NCBI GenBank assembly: GCA_002269645.1
Contig: NIVC01001048.1
Location: 1-64,000, forward strand
Length of the DNA stretch: 64,000 nucleotides
Origin: Macrostomum lignano
Lineage: Eukaryota
Direction: 5' to 3'
The notes under the pieces were generated by a model. The model saw nothing but the letters and a program-made list of their open reading frames with translations, had not been told where the DNA came from and did no database searches. Below, piece after piece: positions 51,030-63,834 of the stretch (positions are counted from its first letter, which is position 1; every line of letters begins with the position of its first letter). The position numbers and the translations under genes are program-made.

Positions 51030-51650
51030 GATGCTTGCTATCTGGCGGGATGCTTGCTATTTGGGGGATGCTTGCTCTCGAGGGGGGTATTTGCTATTTG
51101 GAAGAGGGGGGGGGTACTGGCTACATGTATGGGATTCTTTCTATCCAGCGATGCTTGCTATTTAGGGATTCTTGCTATCTGCAGGATGCTTACTATCTGG
51201 GTGGATGCTTCAACAATATCTGGGGGATGCTTGCTATCTGGGTGGATGCTTCAACAATATCTGGGGGATGCTTGCTATCGGGTGGATGCTTCAACAATAT
51301 CTGGGGGATGCTTGCTATCGGGTGGATGCTTCAACAATATCTGGGGGATGCTTGCTATCTGGGTGGATGCTTCAACAATATCTGGGTGGATGCTTGCTAT
51401 CTGGGTGGATGCTTCAACAATATCTGGGGGATGCTTGCTATCTGGGTGGATGCTTCAACAATATCTGGGGGATGCTTGCTATCTGGGTGGATGCTTCAAC
51501 AATATCTGGGGGATGCTTGCTATCTGCAGGATGCTTGCTATCTGAAGATGCTTGCAATCTGGATGGATGCTTGCTACGAGTATTGGGGGATGCTTGCTAC
51601 GAGTATTAGGTGATGCTTGCTATCTGCAGATGCTTGCTATCTAGAGGGAT
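51030..51650. repeat. ~41-bp dimeric minisatellite
   Basis: tctgggggatgcttgctatctgggtggatgcttcaacaata repeated. Confidence 0.9.
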
Positions 51651-51761
51651 GATTGCTGTCTCGGGAATATTTTCTATTTAGGGGTATTGTCTATTATCTT
51701 TGTGAAAGCTATATTTTGTTGTCTGTTTCTTAATTTTGGAAAAAGAGATTCATTACAAATA

Positions 51762-51920
51762 TCATTGTCCGTGACAATTTTACACGAATAAGGTGATTTT
51801 TAAAAGTGAAGAAGGAATTAGTTTTTAAGAAAATGTGCTGTTTTAATTGTTTCCATGAACTATTTTTGCTCCTTGTTTTGCTCCTGGGCGCCCCGAAGGG
51901 GGGCCGCACTAGATTGCTAG
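51762..51920 (+). mobile_element. Non-autonomous mini-Helitron, copy 2
   Basis: A|TCattgtccgtgac...gcgccccgaaggggggccgc..CTAG|T; homologous to 21715-21876. Confidence 0.65.
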
Positions 51921-53956
51921 TTGGCTTCTAAACTTATGAAAGTCATTTCGGCTGCCTTTCTTTTTATAAAATATCTTGTGTATTCTTCTTTGCTACTGAA
52001 CTGAAAGTAGAAAGCTGTTTTACTAAGTATTTATGCCTAAGTGATTCATTCTAGTTATTCTAGTTACGAGTGGTCATACAAGCGTAGCTAGGCTACTCTA
52101 ATAATCCAACTTACTACGAGCTACTTAATTAATATGTGTACTGCATACATTCTTCCATTAAATTACTGTTCTTCCTTTTGGTATTAAGACGCCAAATTGC
52201 TACATATATAGCCAAATACACAGTAAGCACAGCAATTGATTAAACCAATAATTTTCAAACAATTACAAAAGTACGTGTGACGTTGCTAGTTTAAGTGGTC
52301 CCGCAAAAGGGCCGTTGGACTATAGTTTCCCTTGCAATTTTTCATTTTAATTCCTCCAATAGTTTATTCTAACGTTTACTTGTAGTAGCGTGCTAATAAT
52401 CTGTATCAATTGCTAATTCACTGTGTATTTGGTAGGCCTTGTGCTCGTCTGTGAATTTTGGCACGATCGATAATTTCAAGTTCTCTCGCCAGCCAATGAA
52501 AACCCCGCTCATGTTTTAGGCTAGGCCTCGCGCGCCCCTTTATTAACCCCCCGTCTGGCGGCGGGCTGGGTTTTTCACTTTCTTTCCTTTCCTTCTTTGC
52601 GTTTTCTCTCTCTTGCCTTCTCTCCGTGCCTGCCTTATCTCTCGCCACGGCCCACCCTGTCTGGGCCCGTCTCGCCAGCCAGACCTGTTTACGCCTTTCC
52701 ACTGCCTGTCTATTCTCCTAGTGCCACTGCACTGTTGCTCACTGCCATCATTCGCCACTTGGGATCACCTTCATCGTGCTCAACCGCCTTCAACTTAACT
52801 CAACTTATTGTTGCGCTGCCGCCAGTGCCCAGTACAGTAGTCCGCTATATTGAACTGTTAACCCTTGTGTCAATCTGCTGACTACTACTCAAATAAACAA
52901 GCCTACGGCCAACTTGTTGCCGCGATATTGCCAGTGCTACCGCTGCAAACCGCTGTGTTGTCTCAACTAGTATTTCTTCACCACGACAAAACTCGTGACA
53001 TACGCTTTTCAGCTTACTACATCTTTAAAGATTATAAATGCGAACGAAAACGAATGCAAACGGGAAAGAAATCGGGAACGTAAGCAGGAAAGGTTTTACC
53101 AAACTCAGCGACAGTATAGCAAGTTAGCCCATCATATTATTTTCTTATTAATCAAAGTGCGTACTTTCCAGGCGTGTGATATTTCGTCGATTTCCCGTCC
53201 GTGAACAGGAATATACGAAATATTGGAGAGCTTATCAGAATAATTATTAGTCAAATGTGGTTAAGCATTCAGCAGACTATACTTTGAATTTCAGTATAAG
53301 ATAGATTCTCCATTTTGCAGCGAGTATAGAAAAAACTGAACGCACTGAGAAAACTTTTAGTCAGTCCCGTCTGCATTGGTGTCAAATATCAGAGAGTTTG
53401 CAGTTGCCAAGATAAATGTTTGCATGTCGCACCAACCCGATGCCGGATGCCAACTCTCACAAGTAAAGTAGCTGCTGCATGCAGTTAGATTTCTTATTTG
53501 ACTTTCACAACCGGATCTGAATTTTGCTCAAATATTGAAGCCTGATTTTGGATTGGGAAAAACTGGATCTAAGGGAATTTGCACAATAGAATTGCATGTG
53601 GGCCAACTGCAGTACGCAGATTAGGTTCTACGAAGTAAATATAGAGTGGAAATTGCGTGGTATAAAAATTACTATTGGGTATACTTTTTTTTCGAGGGAG
53701 TAAAATGACTTTTCTGAATTCTAGAAAGCACTGAGAAGTTTGCATGCTGATGACAATAGTGTGATTTTGTTTCGCAAAAGCCAATGGACTTCTTGCAGGT
53801 ATAGCAATCAAACAAGCTATGAAGCTGCTTTGATCTACCAAGAAGGTCGTGTTTTTTATCTCTGATACGAGCGTATAAAATCTCTAAACAGTTTTGAAGA
53901 TCCTTGTAATTTAGTGCGAGTAAGTCGCTTTGTCAATGAAAAGTTTGTGCCACCAA

Positions 53957-54041
53957 TTTTTTAGAGGCAGAGGCCAGGCTGTGTGCCTCCTTGCGGACTT
54001 TAAGCAGCATTGTCACGCAACCGACGAGAGGCATTACTGCC
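53957..54041 (-). mobile_element. 3' fragment of a SINE family A relative
   Basis: ttagaggcag...ctttaagc...gagaggcattactgcc matches the 3' end of family A. Confidence 0.65.
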
Positions 54042-54044
54042 TTC

Positions 54045-54603
54045 ATGGTTGACATGGCGCTTCTTCTATGGTTGACATGGCGCTTCTTCTATGGTTGACA
54101 TGGCGCTTCTTCTATGGTTGACATGGCGCTTTGTATATGGTTGACATGGCGCTTCTATGGTTGACATGGCGCTTCTTCTATGGTTGACATGGCGCTTCTT
54201 CTGGTTGACATGGCGCTTCTTCTATGGTTGACATGGCGCTTCTTCTATGGTTGACATGGCGCTTCTTCTATGGTTGACATGGCGCTTCTTCTATGGTTGA
54301 CATGGCGCTTCTTCTATGGTTGACATGGCGCTTCTTCTATGGTTGCCATGGCGCTTCTTCTATGGTTGACATGGCGCTTCTTCTATGGTTGACATGGCGC
54401 TTCTTCTATGGTTGACATGGCGCTTCTTCTATGGTTGACATGGCGCTTCTTCTATGGTTGACATGGCGCTTCTTCTATGGTTGACATGGCGCTTCTTCTA
54501 TGGTTGACATGGCGCTTCTTCTATGGTTGACATGGCGCTTCTTCTATGGTTGACATGGCGCTTCTTCTATGGTTGACATGGCGCTTTTTAGTTGACATGA
54601 CGC
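54045..54603. repeat. 23-bp minisatellite, ~24 copies
   Basis: tggttgacatggcgcttcttcta repeated. Confidence 0.95.
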
Positions 54604-55206
54604 ATTTTGGTTCACATGGTGATTACTTTTTCTTTCTTTCTTTTGTTGAGTTTCTTTATACTTAAAAAAAGCTTATAATAAAAAAATTGCAATCGTTCAT
54701 CAGCAGTGACCAACCAACCCACAGATTAGCACCACTCCCACCCAGATTAAAACCACTCCCACCCAGATTAGTACCACTCCCCAGATTAGCAAACTCTCTG
54801 CAAATTACGAGCTAGCATTTACTCACAGCAGATTAGCACTGCTCTTGAAGATTAATGCAACCCAAGAAGAAAACTCTAAAAAAATCTACATTATACTGCA
54901 TGCGATGCATAGGAAACAATCTTTATTGTCACAGGTTACGGAGATAAATTCTCTGCTTCAATGCAGACTCGAACTGCAGACCTTCTGCTTAGCCCCATTC
55001 CAGAAACCATAGATAGGATCAAATTATAGTTTTAATTACTCAGAGAATACCCAATACTCAGCATTTGGTTTTTTATTAAGCACAACAGCATTTATTCGCA
55101 GCAACAGAAGAAAATAAAACTATAAATAGATGGTTTAAAATTGATTATGAGAATTCATATCAACTGACATGCGGCCTTTCTCTGGACTGATATTAATTAA
55201 AACTTC

Positions 55207-55959
55207 TCAGTACACGCTGAACTTGACCCAGTCGGCGCTCGTCTCGATCTCCGCCTCCACCTGAGCGTCGGTGAACAGCAGCAGGCGGCAGGCTCTCAGC
55301 TTGCTGTTGTACAGCACGTGTCTGCAGCTGCCCAATCTCATGCCAGCCGCCATGCACTGCAGCGAGTTGGCCACCGGCTGCAGGTCAGAGTAGCAGTACT
55401 CAGTGGTGGCATGGTAGCTGGTTCGCTTGAACGGAGTCAGCTTCCACGAGGCAGCAGTTGGCAACGGCTGAGCGGCACTCGAAGTCCACTCGCAAGCGAA
55501 TCCGAATTGACGCGTACAAAAGCTATTTCCAATTTTTCCATAGGACTTGTAATGTATTAGGCAGTTTTCCCCAGTGCCTCCGTTTGGCTCAATTGAAGCA
55601 CCCCACAGTGAGTCATTCAGCGGCATGACGCCATTGCCGTTGACCATCTGCCAGCCCGATCGGCTCGAAGACCTCTCGTCTGCCAAGTCGGTCACTCCAA
55701 ATCAAATTCGGCAGTTTCTGCAAGCGAAACTCGGCATGCTGCTGAGCAGCTGCAGAGAGCTGTACGAGTTGAGCAGCTCGCCTCCGATCATGGCGCACTG
55801 CCGGTTGGCCTCGCACCAGCTGACTCTGTTCACCTTGTTCACGAAGATGCACTTTCCAGCCTCAAGGCTGAACGGCGAGGGGCAGAGCTGAGCCAAAGCT
55901 GACAGCAGCTGGCTGTCCAGAAAGGCGAGAAGGAACATCGTCAGGGGCTTGGACTCCAT
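55207..55959 (-). pseudogene. Secreted C-type lectin + PAN/apple protein, copy 1, with in-frame TGA
   Basis: Same frame throughout; TGA at 55704-55702 where paralogues have TGG (W of the WFG motif). Confidence 0.75.
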
Positions 55960-56229
55960 GACAAGCAAGGCACATGTATGAAGCGTTGAACTGCCCACGC
56001 ATAATAATCACAGGCTGTAGCCAAATCCTTAATTCGCAGTCGGATTTTTATACGTGTGTATGGGATTTGTTGTAAAAGGCTTTCGATGGTATTGTCTTTA
56101 CTCTACTCTCATTGGAAATGCTAGGATTTGACATCTTAGCAACGCTGCACAACGCCCCATGGGGGCTGGCGATGATGGCGCCCCTGAATAAACCCAAAAA
56201 AGGTTCTCACCGCCCTCAGTTTGCTCAGA

Positions 56230-56487
56230 ATGGCGCCCCTCTGGTGTATTATGGCGCCCCTGTAGTGTATTATGGCGCACCTCTGGTGTATTATGGCGCC
56301 CCTCTGGTGTATTATGGCGCCCCTCTAGTGTATTATGGTGCCCCTCTGGTGTATTATGGCGCCCCTGTAGTGTATTATGGCGTCCCTCTAGTGTATTATG
56401 GCGCCCCTCTAGTGTATTATTGCGCCCCTCTAGTGTATCATGGCGCCCCTCATGGCGCCCCTATAGTGTATATTATGGCGCCCCACT
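56230..56487. repeat. 21-bp minisatellite
   Basis: ggcgcccctctggtgtattat repeated; same unit at 63835-64000. Confidence 0.95.
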
Positions 56488-57851
56488 AATGTATCTAACA
56501 TTAGAGAGTGTTGAATCTAGGGCTACTCTGTGATTGGGTGGTGAATCTAGGGCTAGTCTGTGATTGGCTGGTGAATCAAGGGCTAGTTTGTGATTTGCTA
56601 GTGATATATAATATATGGTATAGATTACTCTGGTGAATATCTCTGCTACCGAACGAGTGTTTGCAAGACACTTTGGTGGAAAAATTCACCTTTTATTCAC
56701 GGAAGCTTTCTCAAAAAAGAAGAAATTGACAACCACCCAACCACCGACTTTGTCGAGCACGCGAGCCAGAGAGCGTAGCTGCTGATTGACAGATCAACAG
56801 AAAGTTTGTTAGGAATTTTTCCTCGGTGCCATGAAAGCCAAACCGTTGTTTAAATATCAGAGCGAGAGAGCTTTTGTTTGAAACCACAGCTCTAACAAAA
56901 GTTTTACGTTTCTACTCAAACCGTGTTGCCTACAAGACAGGCCTACAACTTAAAAAACCTCCAAAGCGAGAGTTATGTTTCTTTAGCGACAGTTGCTTTA
57001 ATGGATGCGTGCGTTGTATGTGATTTAAATTTAGCAAGAACCAAACCCAAAAAGTGTGTCAATAGCCAGTAAAAGGGAAAAAAATTTTAGAAAGCTGCTG
57101 TCGTTCTGTTTTTTTCAGTTGAGTGCTTGGGCGTAAAGCGAAAAGCAGAAGATTGAGCAGTAGAAAATTAAAAATGTACTGTTATCCGATCGAGAAGCAG
57201 GTTGTAGTTGTGAACTTCTTTCCTTTGTTAAAAGTTTCTGTGGAAAATCGAGTTCATTTCACGTTATTGAAGTGTATGGAAACAGAATACAAATTTACAT
57301 GTATCAGTAATGCTTGATTAGATTTCAACAGTTACTGTATGTCCCTTTTGAATTTATTTGAATTAAAAACTGGCAACAGGTGAGAATGTGAAGGTCATAG
57401 CTTCCACAGATGATTTTCCTGTCTCTTCAAGGTCAATTTTTTCACTATCAACTATAGGATAGCCATGGGAAATAACTGACTTTGAAAAAAATCGTCAGGC
57501 GCCACAATTACGTCAAGCACTATTTGAAGTGAATATCTATTAGAAAAGACAGCTAAGACTTAATAAGGAAATTCCTACATTCGCAGACAGAGCTAGCCTC
57601 AGAAAAATAGTTTAGAATAAACATTTTGGTATAGAACGGAATACAGAAAAGTCAATAATTGTATAATAAATTTCATTTTAGATAGAAATTAATAAGATTA
57701 CAGCTCTGCGCCCATACGTCAATTAAAGAGACGCCTATAACGACCATCAAGAAAAATGAGGGTCTTTTAGAGGGCATAACTAGGACTAGTAAATAGATAT
57801 GTTCACAAATCACTTTGCGATAAAAAGATAGCGTTTCAAAAAGCTCAATAG

Positions 57852-58586
57852 CTACACGCTGAACTTGACCCAGTCGGCGCTCGTCTCGATCTCCGCCTCC
57901 ACCTGAGCGTCGGTGAACAGCAGCAGGCGGCAGGCTCTCAGCTTGCTGTTGTACAGCACGTGTCTGCAGTTGCCAGAGTTGAAAGCTGACATGACACAAG
58001 CCAGCTCGGAGTGAACATTGGTCAGGTCAGAGTAGCAGTACTCAGTGCTGGCATGGTAGCTGGTCCGCTTGAACGGAGTCAGTTCAAAATTCAGATGCGT
58101 CTGAGAAGCCCTCGGCTTCCACTCGCAAGCGAATCCGAGTGAGCGAGGACAGAAGTAGTTTCCGATTTTTCCATGCGACCAATGTATTATGCAGTTTTCT
58201 TTTGTGCCCCCGTTTGGCTCACTTGAAAGACGCCAGAGGGAGTTGTTCAGCGGCATGACCCCGTTGCTGTTGACCATCTGCCAGCCCGATTTGCTCGAAG
58301 ACCTCTCATCAGCCAAGTCGGTCACTCCAAACCAGATGTAGCATCTGTTGCAGGCGAAACTCGGCATGCTGCTAAGAAGCTGCAGAGAGCTGTACGAGTT
58401 GAGCAGCTCGCCTCCGATCATGGCGCACTGCCGGTTGGCCTCGCACCAGCTGACTTTGTTCACCTTGTTCACGAATATGCATTTTCCAGCCTCAAGGCTG
58501 AACGGCGAGGGGCACAGCTGGGCCACAGCTTGAAGCAGCTGGCTGTCCAGCAGGGCAAAAAGAAAAATCAACCAACCAGTTTCCAT
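57852..58586 (-). CDS. Secreted C-type lectin + PAN/apple protein, copy 2, 244 aa, intronless
   Basis: Signal peptide; CTLD (CPSPF..GKC, WCEANRQC, WFG, EPN, ENC, FACE); C-terminal PAN-like C..C..CRHVLYNSKLRACRL. Confidence 0.88.
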   Translation of the reverse strand: METGWLIFLFALLDSQLLQAVAQLCPSPFSLEAGKCIFVNKVNKVSWCEANRQCAMIGGELLNSYSSLQLLSSMPSFACNRCYIWFGVTDLADERSSSKSGWQMVNSNGVMPLNNSLWRLSSEPNGGTKENCIIHWSHGKIGNYFCPRSLGFACEWKPRASQTHLNFELTPFKRTSYHASTEYCYSDLTNVHSELACVMSAFNSGNCRHVLYNSKLRACRLLLFTDAQVEAEIETSADWVKFSV

Positions 58587-59659
58587 TGCAAAATTTAGGT
58601 TTCTAAGTGTTTGCTAACTTGAAAGCTGCTTCATCGTTTTTTACCTAGTTTATAGCCACCCTAATTCCCTGTTGACTGACACAGAACTTTGTAGAAATTC
58701 CAAGAGTTATTCTAGAATCCTCGCGATTGGTCGTCAGTCACGAGACTGATTCTTTCCAAGCAGTTTTCTGCGTGCGTATTCATTGTTTCGTGTTCTGAGT
58801 TTAAAACTCGGGTCCAATGAGAACAGTCAGTGCGACACTTTTTGGTTAGAATATTTTTGTCAGACTTTGAGGCCAAAATAAGTACTAGCAAGTAGCATTT
58901 TCACGGGAATTCTTCCAAAAAATCGGGGGCATCGCCATGGATTTTTTTGGGTGGGGGAGAAAGTTAGGAATTCTACTCGTATGTGACTAAATTCCTATAT
59001 GTAAATTATTCTGAGAATCGGTGTCGCAGGGACACATTTTGGCGTCGCGCAGACACTTATTTTGAGATACGGCCGAATTATTTTAAGTCACAAAACTGCA
59101 TTAATTTTTTGATACTGGGACGGTCGCAAAAATGACACAGACATGGATATTGACAATAGGCGCATTGCTCCTATCCTGGTTTTTGGCCCATCATTGCGCA
59201 GGTTTGAGATTCGTTGCCAGCATTTCGAAATGGTAGAAGACAAACAGAAGCATCGACAGGTCGCTGATAAACTGATCGCTTAAAAAGGTGCCAGGAGTGA
59301 AACACAAGCAGAATCCAGTAACTAAAATTTTGAATCAGCGAAGAGTCAATAGTTGAGACCATTGCCGGTCGCATCCCCATCTAGCCGACTGAAGCTGCGG
59401 ATATTGACGATCGGAAGCATCGTACCAAGGTACCTACTCGATTCTAAAGAGACTTTCGAAGCTCTTCACCATCAAAATGGCAACAGGACGCCAAGAATCC
59501 ATTTCTGTCGACCTTCTTAAGTCCAGTCGATCAGCACGAAGCCTGCAGAGTACGATCGGCTACCAAGCAATCACAAAAAATGGGAAACAGCTCAGGACCC
59601 GGACATCAGGAACGACGACACCAGCGACACGGAACCTACAGCAATCCCGGACGGAGCCC

Positions 59660-61148
59660 TGCTAAGAGAGAGATGCTAAGAGAGAGAGATGCTAAGAGAG
59701 AGATGCTAAGAGAGAGATGCTAAGAGAGAGATGCTAAGAGAGAGATGCTAAGAGAGAGATGCTAAGAGAGAGAGATGCTAAGAGAGAGATGCTAAGAGAG
59801 AGATGCTAAGAGAGAGATGCTAAGAGAGAGATGCTAAGAGAGAGATGCTAAGAGAGAGATGCTAAGAGAGAGATGCTAAGAGAGAGATGCTAAGAGAGAG
59901 ATGCTAAGAGAGAGATGCTAAGAGAGAGATGCTAAGAGAGAGATGCTAAGAGAGAGATGCTAAGAGAGAGATGCTAAGAGAGAGATGCTAAGAGAGAGAT
60001 GCTAAGAGAGAGATGCTAAGAGAGAGATGCTAAGAGAGAGATGCTAAGAGAGAGATGCTAAGAGAGAGATGCTAAGAGAGAGATGCTAAGAGAGAGATGC
60101 TAAGAGAGAGATGCTAAGAGAGAGATGCTAAGAGAGAGATGCTAAGAGAGAGATGCTAAGAGAGAGATGCTAAGAGAGAGATGCTAAGAGAGAGATGCTA
60201 AGAGAGAGATGCTAAGAGAGAGATGCTAAGAGAGAGATGCTAAGAGAGAGATGCTAAGAGAGAGATGCTAAGAGAGAGATGCTAAGAGAGAGATGCTAAG
60301 AGAGAGATGCTAAGAGAGAGATGCTAAGAGAGAGATGCTAAGAGAGAGATGCTAAGAGAGAGATGCTAAGAGAGAGATGCTAAGAGAGAGATGCTAAGAG
60401 AGAGATGCTAAGAGAGAGATGCTAAGAGAGAGATGCTAAGAGAGAGATGCTAAGAGAGAGATGCTAAGAGAGAGATGCTAAGAGAGAGATGCTAAGAGAG
60501 AGATGCTAAGAGAGAGATGCTAGGAGAGAGAGAGATGCTAAGAGAGAGAGAGAGGAGAGAGATGCTAGGAGAGAGATGCTAGGAGAGAGATGCTAAGAGA
60601 GAGAGATGCTAAGAGAGAGATGCTAAGAGAGAGATGCTAAGATAGAGATGCTAAGCGAGAGAGAGATGCTAAGAGACAGAGATGCTAAGAGACAGAGATG
60701 CTAAGAGACAGAGATGCTAAGAGACAGAGATGCTAAGAGACAGAGATGCTAAGAGACAGAGATGCTAAGAGACAGAGATGCTAAGAGACAGAGAGAGGAG
60801 AGAGATGCTAGGAGAGAGATGCTAGGAGAGAGATGCTAAGAGAGAGAGATGCTAAGAGAGAGATGCTAAGAGAGAGATGCTAAGATAGAGATGCTAAGCG
60901 AGAGAGAGATGCTAAGAGAGAGATGCTAAGATAGAGATGCTAAGCGAGAGAGAGATGCTAAGAGACAGAGATGCTAAGAGACAGAGATGCTAAGAGACAG
61001 AGATGCTAAGAGACAGAGATGCTAAGAGACAGAGATGCTAAGAGAGAGAGAGATGCTAAGAGAGAGAGATGCTAAGAGAGATGCTGAGAGAGAGATGCTA
61101 AGAGAGAGAGATACTAAGAGAGATGCTGAGAGAGAGATGCTAAGAGAG
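59660..61148. repeat. 14-bp minisatellite, ~100 copies
   Basis: taagagagagatgc repeated; variant blocks at the right end. Confidence 0.97.
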
Positions 61149-62778
61149 AAGCCAGTATTTCTCTCAAAAGCCACCTCTGTATTTGTGCTGCGAAAAGTAA
61201 CAATAACTTGGTTGAAAGCCATCTTTTATTTCGTTGAAAAGCTTAGAAACATTTTATGCAAGCTTACGTTAAACAGCATTTCTTCAAGAAAAAACTTTTA
61301 AAGGATGTCTGGAAGCTGCCACTGAAGTGGGAGAGAAAATTTTAGCAAAATGGCTTTTATGGTCACTCATCAAAGTATTTCAGCGCTTTTCCACGGTTTA
61401 TTTATTTAGATGATTTAGAACGGAAATTGATCCATTGTTCCCGAATAGCTTGACTGGGTGGAAATTCCCGTCAAACAGAATTCTAACCAATGTGAGTTGA
61501 ATTCAGTTGACAGTTGTGACAGTTTTATTGTTTATAAATGTGTTTCGTCTTTTTATCAATTAAATTTTTATTATCATGTTTCCTTATTTTTTTGAATTTG
61601 ATATATTTTTATTTAAATCGTTGAACTTAACTTCGATTTTTTTCAAATTCGTTCATTAGGCAGATACGAGCGCATGGCCAGCTATTGAAGTTGCATGGAC
61701 AGTGCGTTTAACAATACTCAGTCTTTTCAGTGATATTCCTAAAGTTTTAAAGATAAAGTCTCCCTTAAAATCAACTGCAATACTTTATTCAGTCAAGCAA
61801 AAGCCTCTCATTGCAACCTAAACAGCCAAATATACACTGCAGTACTTTGCCAATACACTAGCTGCCAATAATAAAAAACTCGAGCAATCAAGAATAATGT
61901 TTTAAATGTACTTCTTCGACTTCTGGTTTTCGAAATACAGTTTTCAACTCAAACTCCCACGTCAATGTGGAAAACCAATTATATGAATAGCAAATACACT
62001 TTAACAAGCGCTGATTTGGGAAATGAAGAATACAAGAACTGAAGAAGCAGTTATTGAAGCATTCGATATTATCTGTGCTAATTTTGTTTTTGTAATGATG
62101 CGCGAAAAGATGTTAAAAAAGAAGTTAATAATTTTTTTTCAATAAAAACGTAAAATTTAAAAAAAAAATTAAAAAAAATTAAAAATTTAAAAATTAATAA
62201 TTTCCAGAAAGCCGATGATAAGAGATATGCTGTACGTAGACATCGAATTTTTTAATTATAAATATAACAAAGTACAACGATTAAGTTACTTAAAAAGAAC
62301 AAACATAAACGTAGCATGGAAACAGATTCTGGACAACATTTAAAGATAAAAGTTGAAAAAATATTATCTCGATAGCTAATACATATTATAATTATTTTAT
62401 GACGTTAAACATTGAAAAGATCGTGGTCTAAGAATGGAAATATCCCATTCGCAAACTATTTAACAGGATATTTATAATAAAAAAACATCGTTCAAAAACA
62501 CTTTTGTGTTCAGTAAGCACATCGTTTTCTAGAGTCTAGTTCAGAAATTTCGAAATCAATGCACTGCACTATGGTATAGATAGGATGCGATTATAAATTT
62601 AGTTTTTCACAAAGAGTAAACAGTATCTATAACAGCTTCGGTTTTCGGTTCTACTTAAACAGCATTAGCAGCAATAGAAAAAAAGAAAAGAAAAACGCAT
62701 ATGGTTAAAAATTGATTGTGAAAATTTGTTTCAACTGACATGGCCTTTCTCGATCTGGACTGCTGCTAATTTAATCTC

Positions 62779-63531
62779 TCAAAACACGCTGAACTTGACC
62801 CAGTCGGCGCTCGTCTCGATCTCCGCCTCCACCTGAGCGTCGGTGAACAGCAGCAGGCGGCAGGCTCTCAGCTTGCTGTTGTACAGCACGTGTCTGCAGT
62901 TGCCCGATCTCATGCCAGCCGCTACGCACTTCATTGCGTTGCCAACCTGCAGCAGGTCAGAGTAGCAGTACTCAGTGCTGGCATGGTAGCTGGTTCGCTT
63001 GAATGAAGTCCGCTTCCACGGGGCAGCAGTTGGCAGCGGCTGAGTGGCACTCGGAGTCCACTCGCAAGCGAATCCGACTGATGAGCGAGAACAAGGGTTG
63101 TTTCCGAATTTTCCACGGGACAAATGCATTACGCAGTTTTCGTCGGTGCCTAGGTTTGGCTCAGCTGAAGCACCCCACAGTGAGTCATTCAGCGGCATGA
63201 CGCCGTTGCCGTTGACCATCTGCCAGCCCGATCTGCTCGAAGACCTCTCGTCAACCAAGTCGGTCACTCCAAACCAGATGGGGCAGTGATCACAGTCGAA
63301 ACTCGGCATGCTGCTGAGCAGCTGCAGAGAGCTGTACGAGTTGAGCAGCTCGCCTCCGATCATGGCGCACTGCCGGTTGGCCTCGCACCAGCTGAAGCTC
63401 TTTGTCTTGTTCACAAAAATGCACTTTCCCGCTTCAAGGCTGAACGGCGAGGGGCACAGCTGGGCCAGAACTGAGAGCAGCTGGCTGTCCAGAAGGGCGA
63501 GAAGGAACACCATGAGAAACTTGGACTCCAT
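62779..63531 (-). CDS. Secreted C-type lectin + PAN/apple protein, copy 3, intronless
   Basis: MESKFLMVFLLALL signal peptide, CTLD with EPN, PAN-like tail. Upstream in-frame ATGs at 63540 and 63570 are alternative starts. Confidence 0.88.
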   Translation of the reverse strand: MESKFLMVFLLALLDSQLLSVLAQLCPSPFSLEAGKCIFVNKTKSFSWCEANRQCAMIGGELLNSYSSLQLLSSMPSFDCDHCPIWFGVTDLVDERSSSRSGWQMVNGNGVMPLNDSLWGASAEPNLGTDENCVMHLSRGKFGNNPCSRSSVGFACEWTPSATQPLPTAAPWKRTSFKRTSYHASTEYCYSDLLQVGNAMKCVAAGMRSGNCRHVLYNSKLRACRLLLFTDAQVEAEIETSADWVKFSVF

Positions 63532-63834
63532 GACAAGCATGACATGTAGGAATAGTTGAAACATGCACACGTATAAAAATCACAGGCCAGATCTTTCTCA
63601 GTCAGCCTTTTATGCGTGTGCATCGGATTTCTTATAAAAGGTTTTCGATGGTATTGTCTTTACTTTACTCCCATTGGACCTGCTAGGATTTGAAATCTTA
63701 GCAACGCTGCACAGGGGCGGATTTAGGGGGCGGGGCGGGGGACTGCCGCCCACCCCCTGACCCATTGTGGCTGTCGATGATGGCGCCCCTGAATAAAGCC
63801 AATAGAGGTTCTCACCGCCCTCAGTTTGCTCAGA

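Noticed and set aside
52418-52702. Charged 94-aa minus-strand ORF in a CpG-rich patch
   Set aside because: No ATG, low complexity and no domain.
55702-55704. TGA as selenocysteine
   Set aside because: Paralogues have Trp, not Cys, and I saw no SECIS-like element downstream.
59180-59660. Coding-like CpG-rich segment before the 14-bp satellite
   Set aside because: Stops interrupt every frame and no family is recognised.
49683-61301. Repetitive ORFs at 49683, 50354, 51017-51613, 56112, 61022-61301
   Set aside because: Each lies wholly in a tandem repeat.
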